Shown here piece after piece: positions 9,503 to 19,115 of a stretch of 64,000 nucleotides of DNA (the first letter of the stretch is position 1; each line of letters begins with the position of its first letter). The notes under the pieces were generated by a model, which was not told where the DNA came from, searched no databases, and worked only from the letters and a program-made list of their open reading frames with translations. Where the stretch lies: NCBI GenBank assembly GCA_963720545.1, contig OY970399.1, positions 2,976,001 through 3,040,000 of the forward strand, read 5' to 3'. This DNA comes from an uncultured Acidobacteriota bacterium (GTDB lineage Bacteria > Acidobacteriota > Vicinamibacteria > Fen-336). Position numbers and translations under genes: made by a program.

Positions 9503-10074
9503 GCCTTGCCCGCCGCCATGTGAACCGCCTCGAAGATGCGGCCGTAGGTGCCGCAACGGCAGAGATTGCCGGCGAGGCCGGCCTTCACCTGCGCGAGGTC
9601 GGGGCTTGGGTTCGCGGCCAGGAGAGCAGTGGCGCTGACCACGAAGCCGGGTGTGCAGAAGCCGCATTGCAGCGCGTCGCAGGCGACGAACGCCTTCTGC
9701 ACCGGGCTCATCGCCTCGGGCGAACCGAGACCCTCGACCGTCGTGATCTCCCGGCCCTGCGCATCGGCGGCGAGCATCAGGCATGAGCACACGGGCTTGC
9801 CGTCCATGAGCACGGTGCAGGCGCCGCACGCACCGCGGTCGCAGACTTCCTTGGCGCCCGTGAGGTCGAGATGGTTGCGCAGCGCGCGCAGCAGCGTCAC
9901 CCGCGGCTCGACAGTCAAAGACCGCGCCGCACCGTTGACCTTCAGCGTCAGGGGAACGGCTCCGGGTCCCAGCACCTCGGGAGCCGCACTCGCTGGCTGG
10001 GAGCCGACCACCGTGGTCGCGGCGGCGCCGGCGCCGGCCGTCTTGAGGAAGAGACGTCTCGAGAAATTTGCCAT
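9499..10074 (-). CDS. 2Fe-2S subunit with Tat signal peptide (PaoA/YagT-like)
   Basis: SRRLFLK twin-arginine motif; CDRGACGACT, CL, QCGFC and CRC ligands; GGAGG SD upstream of ATG 10074. Confidence 0.93.
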   Translation of the reverse strand: MANFSRRLFLKTAGAGAAATTVVGSQPASAAPEVLGPGAVPLTLKVNGAARSLTVEPRVTLLRALRNHLDLTGAKEVCDRGACGACTVLMDGKPVCSCLMLAADAQGREITTVEGLGSPEAMSPVQKAFVACDALQCGFCTPGFVVSATALLAANPSPDLAQVKAGLAGNLCRCGTYGRIFEAVHMAAGKA

Positions 10075-10136
10075 GCGGCTTTGGTCCTCCCGCTGCGCTG
10101 CCTCGATTCTGCCACTCCAGCGGATAATCACGCACC

Positions 10137-11075
10137 ATGGCGCGCGACAAAAAAACCTGGCTGCCGTGGGTGGCCCTGTTCATTATTTATGTCGTCTGGG
10201 GCTCGACCTACACCGCCATCCGCTACGTGGTCGTCGAGCTGCCGCCGCGGTTGCCTGCCGGCCTGCGATTTCTCGCCGCCGGCCTCGTGATGACGGCGCT
10301 CGCCCTGTGGCGCGACCGCGGCGGGCCGCGCCCCACCAGCAAGCAGCTCTGGCAGTACGCGCTCGTCGGCGCCATCCTGCTCGGCTTCTCGAACGGCATG
10401 GTGATGTGGGCCGAGGTCTACATCCCGAGCGGCATCGCTGCGCTCATCGTCGCGACCGTGCCCCTGTGGACGACGCTCTTCGAAGGCATGCGCCGCGGTG
10501 GCGAGCCGTGGACCGCGCGCCTGTGGCTTGGCGGCGTGCTCGGCCTCGCCGGAGTCGGCTTCGTCGCGCGTCCCGAGGGCGACCTCACCCGCGACGCGCT
10601 TTGGGCGGCGGCCGCGCTCACGGTCGCGAGCATCGCCTGGACGCTCGGCGCCCTTTACAGCCAGACGATCGACCGCAAGCTGCCGGTGTTCTCGGCCGCG
10701 GCCATCGAGATGATCGCCGGCGGCATCGTGCAACTCGTCCTGTCGCTCGCCTTTCGCGAAGACTGGTCGCGCCTGCGCACCGCATCGGCGAGCGCGTGGC
10801 TGGCGCTCGGCTACCTCGCGGTCTTCGGCTCGATCATCGCCTTCACTGCTTTCGCTTATTGCCTCAACAACCTGCCCGCCACCACCGTCGGCACCTACGC
10901 CTACGTGAACCCGATCGTCGCGGTCCTGCTCGGCCGCCTGCTGCTCGACGAGCCCCTCACCGAACGCCTCATCATCGGCGGCATCCTCATCCTCGCCGCG
11001 GTCCTGCTCACGACACTGAAACGCCGCCCCACCGTCCCACCCCCCGCCGCCGCCTGCGAAGAACCCGCGTCCTAG
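10137..11075 (+). CDS. EamA/DMT family transporter (YedA-like)
   Basis: IYVVWGSTY, PSGIAALIVATVPLW, YLAVFGSIIAF, YAYVNPIVAV; about 10 TM segments. Confidence 0.9.
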   Translation: MARDKKTWLPWVALFIIYVVWGSTYTAIRYVVVELPPRLPAGLRFLAAGLVMTALALWRDRGGPRPTSKQLWQYALVGAILLGFSNGMVMWAEVYIPSGIAALIVATVPLWTTLFEGMRRGGEPWTARLWLGGVLGLAGVGFVARPEGDLTRDALWAAAALTVASIAWTLGALYSQTIDRKLPVFSAAAIEMIAGGIVQLVLSLAFREDWSRLRTASASAWLALGYLAVFGSIIAFTAFAYCLNNLPATTVGTYAYVNPIVAVLLGRLLLDEPLTERLIIGGILILAAVLLTTLKRRPTVPPPAAACEEPAS

Positions 11076-11207
11076 CCCGTGCGGCGGCGCACGGCCCGTC
11101 CGCGCAATCACTCTCCTGAACGGCTGGACGTGCCGCTCCGGATCCCGCGACTCGTTCAAAGTTTCGTGCGCATCGAATGTTGCGGAGTGCGCTTACAATC
11201 CCGCACC

Positions 11208-13004
11208 ATGAACAAGCTTTTTGCGTTTCTGCTGATCCTTGGATTCGCGGCGGGTGCTGCCGCGGCTCCTCCAGACGACAAGGCGGTCGCCCAACGGCTC
11301 CAGGGGTTCGACGCCTACATGGCGAAGGTGCTGAAGGACTGGAACGTCCCTGGCATCGGCATCGGCATCGTGGTGAACGACAAGGTGGTGCTCGCCAGGG
11401 GTTACGGCTATCGCGACTACGGCAAGAAGCTGCCGTATACCGCGCAGACCGTGCAGCCGATCGCCTCCAACACCAAGCTGTTCACCGCGATGGACGTGGG
11501 CTTCCTCGTGGAGGAAGGCAAGATCGAGTGGGACAAGCCGGCACGGCGCTTCGTGCCGTCGATCCGCTTCTATAACGACGAACTCGACAATACCGTCACG
11601 GTGCGCGACATGCTGTCGCACCGCACCGGCATCACCCGCCACGACAGCATCTGGTACAAGTCCGAATTCACGCGCGACGAGCTGTTCCAGCGGCTGCGCT
11701 ATCTCGAGCCGAGCCAGCCGGCCCGCACCACCTTCCTCTACAACAACATGATGTACGTCGGCTCGGGGCGGATCGTCGAACTGCTCTCGGGCAAGACCTG
11801 GGAAGACTTCACGCGCGAGAAGATCCTTGGTCCGCTGGGCATGACCAGCACCGGTTTCACCATCGCCGACCTCAAGAAGCAGGCGAACCCGGCGGTGCCT
11901 TTCACCGAGCGCCGCGACTCGTTCGAGCTCTACCAGATCCCCTATTACGACGACGAGGTCGCGGTGGGCCCCGCGGGCGCCATCGTCTCGAACGTGGACG
12001 ACATGACGAAGTGGCTCACCGCCCTGATGAACGACGGCAAGTTCCAGGGCAAGCAGGTGCTGCCGGCAGCGGCGGTGAAGGCAACGCTCGAGCCGACGCT
12101 GGCGATGGCCAACAGCGCGCTCGAGAGCCGCGGCTGGGGCGAGCTTCTGAACTCGGCCTACGGCATGGGCCGCTGGACGGCTTCTTACCGCGGCAACCTC
12201 ATCGCGTTCCACGGCGGCGACATCAACGGCTTCCATTCGCAGGTGTCGCTGATGCCGACGAACCGCATCGGCGTGGTGGTGCTGGTGATCGGCGACCATG
12301 CGGCGCCGCTCTACAACCCGATCTCGTACAACATCTACGAGCGGCTGCTGGGCATGGACGAGACCCCGTGGGTGCAGCGCCAGCTCGACATCCGCCTCAA
12401 GGGCAAGGAAGCGTCGAAGCAGGCGCGCGCCAAGGCCGGCGAGGGCCAGGTGGCCGGAACCAAGCCGTCCCATCCGCTCGACGCTTTCACCGGCGAGTTC
12501 GTCCACCCGGCCTACGGCGTCCTCAAGATCACCACCAAGGACAATGGCCTGGCCTTCGCGTTCCACAAGATCGCGATGCCGCTGACCCATTTCCATTACG
12601 ACCGCTTCGACAGCGCCGACGACGAGCAGGACGGCAAGTGGTCGGTCAACTTCGTGACCAGCCCGCAGGGCGAGATCGACAAGGCCGTGATGTCCCTCGA
12701 CGAAGCCGAGGTCGCGTTCACGCGGCAGGCGAGCGCCGAGCTGTCTTCGCTCGCGACGCTCTCGCAGTATGCCGGCGACTACACCACGCCGACCGGCGGC
12801 AAGTTCAAGGTCGCGGTGGAGCACGGCATTCTCGGCCTGGTGTTCGCCGGCCAGCCGTTCCAGGAACTCATCCCGTGGAAGCCGCGGATGTTCCGCGTCA
12901 AGGAGTTCGCCGACGTCACCTTCGAGTTCGTGGTCGAAGGCGGCGCCGTCAAGGCGCTGAAGCAGAAGGACCCGTCGGGAGAGTTCACCTTCCCGAAGCA
13001 GTAA
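11208..13004 (+). CDS. Exported serine hydrolase, beta-lactamase class C family, with C-terminal DUF3471-like domain(s)
   Basis: Signal peptide; SNTK (SxxK), LSHRTG, YNN and HGG motifs. Start taken at MNKLF. Confidence 0.88.
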   Translation: MNKLFAFLLILGFAAGAAAAPPDDKAVAQRLQGFDAYMAKVLKDWNVPGIGIGIVVNDKVVLARGYGYRDYGKKLPYTAQTVQPIASNTKLFTAMDVGFLVEEGKIEWDKPARRFVPSIRFYNDELDNTVTVRDMLSHRTGITRHDSIWYKSEFTRDELFQRLRYLEPSQPARTTFLYNNMMYVGSGRIVELLSGKTWEDFTREKILGPLGMTSTGFTIADLKKQANPAVPFTERRDSFELYQIPYYDDEVAVGPAGAIVSNVDDMTKWLTALMNDGKFQGKQVLPAAAVKATLEPTLAMANSALESRGWGELLNSAYGMGRWTASYRGNLIAFHGGDINGFHSQVSLMPTNRIGVVVLVIGDHAAPLYNPISYNIYERLLGMDETPWVQRQLDIRLKGKEASKQARAKAGEGQVAGTKPSHPLDAFTGEFVHPAYGVLKITTKDNGLAFAFHKIAMPLTHFHYDRFDSADDEQDGKWSVNFVTSPQGEIDKAVMSLDEAEVAFTRQASAELSSLATLSQYAGDYTTPTGGKFKVAVEHGILGLVFAGQPFQELIPWKPRMFRVKEFADVTFEFVVEGGAVKALKQKDPSGEFTFPKQ

Positions 13005-13018
13005 CGGCGCCTGAGCGC

Positions 13019-14194
13019 TTAATAAAGAAGATAGGGGCGGCGGCGCTTCGCGAAGGCCGCCGCTTCTTTTTTCCAGGCAGGGGCGAGCGAACGCAGGGGG
13101 CGGCCGGCTTCGATCGCGGTGCGCACCGAGTCGGTGCCGCAGAGGATGTCGATCGGCAGCTTCACCAGCTCGTATTCGTACGGCGGGTCGCGCCAGGCGA
13201 AGCGCTTCTCGTCCTGTGCGCGCGCCGCCACGATGAGCAGCAGGTAGGCGAGGAAAGCCGGGAACGAGGAGCGGTCGGTGACGTGCAGCTGCACGCCGCC
13301 GCACACCTGGCCTGCGTGCTTCTGGAACGTGGGCGTGAAGAACGTCGGCCGGAAACGCACGCCCGGAAGCTTCGCCTTCGTCATCGCCGCGGCCAGCTTC
13401 CACGGATCGAGCCACGGCGCGCCCACGAGTTCGAACGGCCGCGTGGTGCCGCGGCCCTCGGAGAGGTTGGTGCCTTCGATGAGGCAGCCGCCCGGGTAGA
13501 CGAAGGCCGTGTCGACGCCCGGCATGTTGGGAGAGGGCAGCACCCACGGCAGGCCGGTGTCCTCGAAGTGCATGCGCCGCCTGTAGCCGCGCATCTTCAC
13601 CACGTGCAGCTCGAGCCGCAACGAGTGCTCCGCCTGGAACATCAAGGCGAGCTCGCCAACGGTCATGCCGTGGCGCACCGCCAGCGTGTGCATGCCGACG
13701 AACGAGCGGTAGCGGTCGTCGAGCACGTTGCCGTCCACCACCTCGCCGCCGAGCGGGTTCGGCCGGTCGAGCACCACCAGCGCGCGTCGGTGCTCGGCGC
13801 AAGCCTGCATCGCGTGCAGCATGGTGTAGATGAACGTGTAGTAGCGCGAGCCGACATCCTGCAGGTCGAAGACCACAGCGTCGACGTCCTGAAGCATCGC
13901 TGCCGAAGGCACCCGCGTGTTGCCGTAGAGGCTGCGGACCGGCAAGCCGGTCCGCGCGTCGGTGCTGTCCGCGACTTCGATGAGGTCCTGGGCGTTGGCC
14001 CAGATGCCGTGTTCCGGCCCGAAGAGCGCCGTCAGCCGGTGCCGCTTGCTGCGTGCGAGCGCCAGCGCCCCGTGCTCGAGCTGCGACGTCACGCTCGTCG
14101 GGTTGGCGATGAAGCCGAGGCGGCGGCCGCGCAGCGCCTTCGGCGGGTCGGCCAGGAACGCGTCGAGTCCTGGACGAACCCGCGGTGCGCGCAC
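13019..14194 (-). CDS. namZ: Exo-beta-N-acetylmuramidase NamZ (DUF1343 family)
   Basis: LFGPEHG, FDLQDVGSRYYTFIYTM, LDRPNP, RHGMTVGE, PSPNMP, SEGRGTTRPFE. Confidence 0.88.
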   Translation of the reverse strand: MRAPRVRPGLDAFLADPPKALRGRRLGFIANPTSVTSQLEHGALALARSKRHRLTALFGPEHGIWANAQDLIEVADSTDARTGLPVRSLYGNTRVPSAAMLQDVDAVVFDLQDVGSRYYTFIYTMLHAMQACAEHRRALVVLDRPNPLGGEVVDGNVLDDRYRSFVGMHTLAVRHGMTVGELALMFQAEHSLRLELHVVKMRGYRRRMHFEDTGLPWVLPSPNMPGVDTAFVYPGGCLIEGTNLSEGRGTTRPFELVGAPWLDPWKLAAAMTKAKLPGVRFRPTFFTPTFQKHAGQVCGGVQLHVTDRSSFPAFLAYLLLIVAARAQDEKRFAWRDPPYEYELVKLPIDILCGTDSVRTAIEAGRPLRSLAPAWKKEAAAFAKRRRPYLLY

Positions 14195-16539
14195 TACTTG
14201 TCGAGGTCCAGCGAGAACGACCCGGAACCGTCTTTCGACTGCACCGAGCCGCGCAGCGTCTCGCCGGCGAGCTTGCCGGTGAAGCGCTTGAGCGTGCCGC
14301 GGATCTGCACCGCGAACGTGACGTTGCCGTCGGCGCCCGCCGACACGCTCGCCACCTTGCTGTCCACGGACGCCGAGCCGATGAAGGTGGTGAAGGTGCC
14401 GCCGCGGCCGGCGAACAGGACGCGGATCCGGCGTGGGCCGGCGTTGTCCTGCATCTGTCCCAGCCAGTCGCCGGTGAGCGCCGTGGCCGCGGCGCCGCTG
14501 CCGCTCACCTGCAGCGACAGCTCGCGCAGCGCACGCGCCATGTCCGGCGTCGCCGGGCGCAGCAGCGCCATCGGCACGCCGCGCGCGTTGGCGCCGCGCG
14601 CCGGGTCGGCATAGAGGTCGAGCAGCACCTTGGCCTTCGGCGTGACGGCGATGGCGCGCAGCGGCCGCTCGTTGCGGACGAACAAGGTCAGGTAGTCGTC
14701 GAGGAGCGCCGCCCAGTGGCGGGTGAGCGCCGCCGGCGAAGGCGCTGTGCGCAGTCCGGTGTAAGCCGATGCATAACCCGCGGCGTCCTCCGCGGTCGCC
14801 ACCATGAAGATACCGCGCCCGGCGATGCCGACGCCGGGCGGGTTGCCGTCGCGCGCCTCGACCGTCACCGAGGCGCTCTTGGCGGCTGCCACCAGTTCGT
14901 TCAGGAACTGGCAGAGGCGCGCCGCGCGCTCCGCGACCGGGTGCGATTCGGATGCGCTCGTGAGCAGCGCGAACGGCCCGATCGCGGTGGTCACCAGCAC
15001 CTTGCCCTTGCCGGCTTCGGCCGGCGCCGGCAGCGGATAGAAGAACGGCTCGAACATGCTGATCGACACGGCGCGCAACTCGAACGGCACCACGTCGGTG
15101 GTGCCGCCGCGCGCCGCAACGACCACGCCGCTGGCACCACCCGCGATCGACGGCGCGTCGGGCGCGCTCACCACCAGTTCCTTGCCGCTGGCGCTCAGCA
15201 CCAATGCCGGCTGGCCGCCGAAGCGCACGTCGTTGCCCGCAGGCACTTGGTCAAAGCCCGCGCCCCTGATGGTGACGCGCGTTCCGGGCTGGCCGTTGGC
15301 CGGCACGATCTCGCGCACGAACGGCAGCTTGCCGAGGAACAGCTTGCGCGGCGGCAGCAGCACGCCGTTGGCCTTCACCACCACGCTCACGCCCTTGCCC
15401 GGCGTCGGCGCGATCGCCGCCGGCACCGTGACGCGCAGCTGGTTGTCGGCGTCCACCACTTCCGCCGGCTTGTTGTCGATGGTGACGCTGAGCCGCGCCG
15501 GGTCGAGGTTTTGCCCGGCGATCACCACGCTTTCACCCGGCATCGCGACGTCGGGTTCGAGCCCCGCGAAGGACGCCTTGGGCACGACGGTGAGCGTCAG
15601 CGAGCCAGCCGGCTGGCCGCCGGAGAGGACCGCGATGGTCGCCGGACCCGGCTCGACGGCCGCGAGCGCCGCGGTAGAGACGGACGTCGGCGACGCCGAG
15701 GTGACCTCGAGCGGCGCGCCGTTCATCGTAACGATGACTTGCTTCGCGTCCGCGGCGAGGTTCTCGGCCGCGATCGTGAAGGCCTGGCCCGGCTGCACCA
15801 CGGTCGGCGCGATCGCCGTGATCGCGGGCACCGGCCGCAGCCACCACGAAGCGGCGTAGTAGACACCGGCGATCGCCGCGAGCCCGACGGCGGCGATGAC
15901 CAGCGTGCGCATCGGGAAGCGTTCCTTCCAGCCGACCGGCGGCGCCGCGTCCTCGTCGGTCAGCGGGTGGAGGGGCGGGGGCGTCATCCCGGTGACCGTC
16001 GCCGGACTGTCCTGGAACCCGCCGGTCGGCGCCTCGAGGTCGACGTCGCGCGGGAAGAGCCCGTCGTGCTCGTTCGCTGCGGGGATCGGCTTGCCTCCCG
16101 CGGTAGTCGCGGCGCTCGGATCGTAGTCGGCCGGCGGCCGGACGAAGGGCTTCGGCTGTTGTCCGGGCAGCAGCCCGGGCATGCCCTGCAGCGTGCCCAC
16201 ATAGGCCGGCACGCGCACCAGCAGCTTGACGGCGCCGCGCCCGCCGGGCGCGCCGAGTGAAATGCGGTCGCCGTCGCGGAGCGGCAGTTCGTCGCGTACC
16301 GGCTGGCCGTTCACGAAGCTGCCGGCGGCCGAGCCGAGGTCGCGCAGGACCAGGCCGCGGACGTCCCATGCGATCTCGACGTGATGCTCGGCGATCTGGT
16401 CGCCCTTCAGGCGGAAGGCGGCCGTCTCGCCGGCGCCGACGATGACATGCGCGGGCATCGTCTGGATCGTGTGGAACGCGCCGTGCTGGGCGCCGCCGGT
16501 CACGACCAGGGTCGGCAGAGTGGGGTTGTTGAGGTCCAC
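14194..16539 (-). CDS. Membrane protein: FHA-like domain, Pro-rich linker, single TM, IPT/TIG repeats
   Basis: LRDLGS..GSFVNG..LRDGDRISLG FHA fold; TM LVIAAVGLAAIAGVYY; three PxI/V..P...PG..V.I.G IPT-like units. Confidence 0.8.
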   Translation of the reverse strand: MDLNNPTLPTLVVTGGAQHGAFHTIQTMPAHVIVGAGETAAFRLKGDQIAEHHVEIAWDVRGLVLRDLGSAAGSFVNGQPVRDELPLRDGDRISLGAPGGRGAVKLLVRVPAYVGTLQGMPGLLPGQQPKPFVRPPADYDPSAATTAGGKPIPAANEHDGLFPRDVDLEAPTGGFQDSPATVTGMTPPPLHPLTDEDAAPPVGWKERFPMRTLVIAAVGLAAIAGVYYAASWWLRPVPAITAIAPTVVQPGQAFTIAAENLAADAKQVIVTMNGAPLEVTSASPTSVSTAALAAVEPGPATIAVLSGGQPAGSLTLTVVPKASFAGLEPDVAMPGESVVIAGQNLDPARLSVTIDNKPAEVVDADNQLRVTVPAAIAPTPGKGVSVVVKANGVLLPPRKLFLGKLPFVREIVPANGQPGTRVTIRGAGFDQVPAGNDVRFGGQPALVLSASGKELVVSAPDAPSIAGGASGVVVAARGGTTDVVPFELRAVSISMFEPFFYPLPAPAEAGKGKVLVTTAIGPFALLTSASESHPVAERAARLCQFLNELVAAAKSASVTVEARDGNPPGVGIAGRGIFMVATAEDAAGYASAYTGLRTAPSPAALTRHWAALLDDYLTLFVRNERPLRAIAVTPKAKVLLDLYADPARGANARGVPMALLRPATPDMARALRELSLQVSGSGAAATALTGDWLGQMQDNAGPRRIRVLFAGRGGTFTTFIGSASVDSKVASVSAGADGNVTFAVQIRGTLKRFTGKLAGETLRGSVQSKDGSGSFSLDLDK

Positions 16540-16592
16540 GATTCGCCGGAGTCTAAGGCTTTTACCGGGGGCGGATAGACTGCCCGGATCAC

Positions 16593-17030
16593 ATGCACCA
16601 CCGCCGCCGCCGCCCTGTAGACCCCAGCCGCTTGCGCGGGGTCCGGGTTTCCCTGATCCGGCGCGTGACCGTCACCTGGATGGGTCGCAGCGAGGCCGTG
16701 ATGATGCTCGATATCGGGCTGCGAGGAGTCTATGTCGAGCATTCGGCCGCTCCGGGACCGGGCACCACGGGTGTAATCGAGCTCACGTTGCCGAACAACG
16801 AACTGCCGCTGGTGGTGGCCTGCCATGTGGCGTGGCGCCACATCCAGACGGGGACCTATGTGCGGCGCAGCCTGCCGCCCGGCTGCGGACTCGAGTTCGA
16901 GGCACTCGACGAGGCCACGGAGGGCCGGCTCGTCACGCACCTCGCCGAGCACCTGGCGAGGCCCGGACACAGCCGCAGGTTCGTGGCGCGCTGGCCCGAC
17001 CCCGACGAGTACCTGGCCGACCCGATATGA
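16593..17030 (+). CDS. PilZ domain protein
   Basis: Arg-rich N-terminus, LDIGLRG (DxSxxG-like), CHVAW and GCGLEF. Confidence 0.7.
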   Translation: MHHRRRRPVDPSRLRGVRVSLIRRVTVTWMGRSEAVMMLDIGLRGVYVEHSAAPGPGTTGVIELTLPNNELPLVVACHVAWRHIQTGTYVRRSLPPGCGLEFEALDEATEGRLVTHLAEHLARPGHSRRFVARWPDPDEYLADPI

Positions 17031-17755
17031 GCAAAGCGCCCGACATCGTGCTGGTGCGGCCGGAGAACTCCGCCAATGTCGGCGCCGTCGCGCGCGTGAT
17101 GAGCAACACCGGCCTGACGCGCCTGGTGCTCGTCGCGCCGGGCGATTTCCGCACGGTCGAGTGCTGGCGCAGCGCGTGGGGCGCCCACGACGTGCTCGAG
17201 ACACTCGTGGAGCGCCCGGATCTGGAGGCAGCGCTTCGGGACTACGACCACACGGTGGCGTTTTCCGGGCGCGCTTCGGCCGAGCATCCGGCCGCGGACG
17301 TGCGCGCTGCAGCGCAGGGGTTTGCGCGCTTCGGACCGGGCGTGCGCGCCGCCTTCGTCTTCGGTCCGGAAACGGCGGGCCTCAGCGAAGACGAACTGCG
17401 GCTATGCGGTGCGCGCGCCACGATCCCGGCGCATCCCGGCCAGCCGTCGCTCAACCTGTCGCATGCGGTGCTGGTCGCCGCCCATGAGTTCTATCGCGCG
17501 TCGTTGGAACTGCCGCGCGCGGACGACGGCGACGCGCAGGACGAAGACGCGCGGCCGCCGAGCCGCGCCGAGCGCGAGGCGTTCCTCGGCCCGTGGCGCG
17601 ACGCGCTCATCGCCGCGGGGGCGCTCCGCAGCGACGACACCCGCTACTTTCCGCGCTGGCAAGACTTCTTCAGGCGCACGGAGCTGTCGGCACGCGAGCT
17701 GCGCCTGTTCGAGCATCTCGCGCACAAGCTGGCGCAATTGCAGTCGCGACGATGA
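17027..17755 (+). CDS. trmJ: TrmJ/LasT family SPOUT RNA methyltransferase
   Basis: IVLVRPENSANVGAVARVM, VFGPETAGLS, SLNLSHAV; ATGA overlap with the PilZ gene. Confidence 0.82.
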   Translation: MSKAPDIVLVRPENSANVGAVARVMSNTGLTRLVLVAPGDFRTVECWRSAWGAHDVLETLVERPDLEAALRDYDHTVAFSGRASAEHPAADVRAAAQGFARFGPGVRAAFVFGPETAGLSEDELRLCGARATIPAHPGQPSLNLSHAVLVAAHEFYRASLELPRADDGDAQDEDARPPSRAEREAFLGPWRDALIAAGALRSDDTRYFPRWQDFFRRTELSARELRLFEHLAHKLAQLQSRR

Positions 17756-18018
17756 CCACGAGCGGCGGGAACAACCAGGCGTTCCTCGACGTGGTGTTCG
17801 CGGCGGACCGATCGTCCTTCACGATCCCGAAGCTCAAGTGGCGCGAACTGATTTTCATCCGCGCGCTGCGCCCGCGAGGCGGCTCATGGGTGCGCGATCC
17901 GTCGCGTTTCATGCCGGCGTTCGCGGCCGGCGATCTCCTCGCCGAGGGACAGTGCTACTCCGTCGTGGATGAAGGCGAGCGCGTCAGGATTTCGCCCTCG
18001 CCTTCGACTTCGACCTGA
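17752..18018 (+). CDS. Hypothetical protein (88 aa)
   Basis: ATGA overlap with the trmJ stop; globular-looking sequence (FTIPKLKWRELIFIRAL). Confidence 0.55.
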   Translation: MTTSGGNNQAFLDVVFAADRSSFTIPKLKWRELIFIRALRPRGGSWVRDPSRFMPAFAAGDLLAEGQCYSVVDEGERVRISPSPSTST

Positions 18019-19078
18019 AGAAGGGTATCGGCAACGGCCGTGGCAGGCGCCGCCGCGCCGCCGCGAGTGCGGTCATCGCGGCGACCAGCACCAGGAACCA
18101 GCCGATCGCCGGCCAGACGTCGAGCCGGTTGCGCAGCTGCGGCGCGACGATCGCGCCGTAGACGATCTCGATGTGGATCCAGTAGACGAGCAGGCTCGCC
18201 TGTCCCAGCGTGCACACCAGGCTCCAGCCCTCGGCGAGCACTGTGCGGTCGAAGAGGTGCGCCAACAGCAGCAGCGCGAGCATGATGCCGATCTTGATGG
18301 CGACGTAGTTCGGGCTCGTCCACCAGAAGTCGTAGCGCGGGTAGGGAGCGACATCGAGCCCGTCGAGCAGCAAGGCGATCGGGATCGCCGCCAGCCCGGC
18401 GAACGCGAGCCGGGTGAGGAGCGGCATCTCGTCGTCGTGCTGCTCGCGGTAGCGCGAGACGACGAAACCGGTGGCCGCGCCGGCGGCGGTGTAGGCCGCC
18501 CACGGAAACATCGGGAACAGCGCGTTCGGGAAGCGCCCGCCGATATAGCCGCCGAGCCGCGCCGGCGTCCATTCCGGCCAGGGCCCGTCCCACGCGAAAG
18601 GCGTCAGCAGGGCGACCACCGCGGCGAGCCCCGCCGAGGCCAGCACCCAGAGGGATCCGTCGAGCCGCAGCACCACCACCGCGACGAGCGCCAGCGACAC
18701 GGCGATGCAGTTCAGCACGTCCACGCGGAACAAGTCTTCCCAGGCCGTGAAGCCGGAAGCGAAGTACATCCAGAGCCGGAACAAGACCGCAAATCCGAAC
18801 ACCATCGCGGCTCGTCCCAGGGCGCGCCGCGCGATCGCTTCGCTGCCTTCGCCGCGGCGCCGCGCACCGTCGGCCACGAGCGCCAGAGAGACCCCGGCGA
18901 GGAACAGGAACAAGGCGGCGGGATAGCCGCCGAAATAGCGCGAGTACCAGAAGAACGTGGTTTCCTTCGCCTCTTTGGTGAGCCACGCGTCGAAGGCGTG
19001 CGTCTGGATCATGAGCAGGACCGCGAAACCGCGGAGCCAATCTATGTAGCGGAGCCTGCGGCGAGAGCCGGCGGTCAT
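17984..19078 (-). CDS. Membrane acyltransferase-like protein (DUF1624 / HGSNAT-catalytic-like)
   Basis: RLRYIDWLRGFAVLLMIQTH, FRVDVLNCI, FPMFPWAAY, LGQASLLVYWIH; multiple TM segments. Start taken at ATG 19078. Confidence 0.78.
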   Translation of the reverse strand: MTAGSRRRLRYIDWLRGFAVLLMIQTHAFDAWLTKEAKETTFFWYSRYFGGYPAALFLFLAGVSLALVADGARRRGEGSEAIARRALGRAAMVFGFAVLFRLWMYFASGFTAWEDLFRVDVLNCIAVSLALVAVVVLRLDGSLWVLASAGLAAVVALLTPFAWDGPWPEWTPARLGGYIGGRFPNALFPMFPWAAYTAAGAATGFVVSRYREQHDDEMPLLTRLAFAGLAAIPIALLLDGLDVAPYPRYDFWWTSPNYVAIKIGIMLALLLLAHLFDRTVLAEGWSLVCTLGQASLLVYWIHIEIVYGAIVAPQLRNRLDVWPAIGWFLVLVAAMTALAAARRRLPRPLPIPFFRSKSKARAKS

Positions 19079-19115
19079 GGAATTAATGCGCGATCCTACC
19101 GCTGTATACTCGGGC

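Noticed and set aside
9503..10183. Apparent N-terminal extension of the Mo subunit (983-aa ORF)
   Set aside because: Alternate frame of the 2Fe-2S gene. The real start is the ATGA overlap at 9502, so this is not a fusion.
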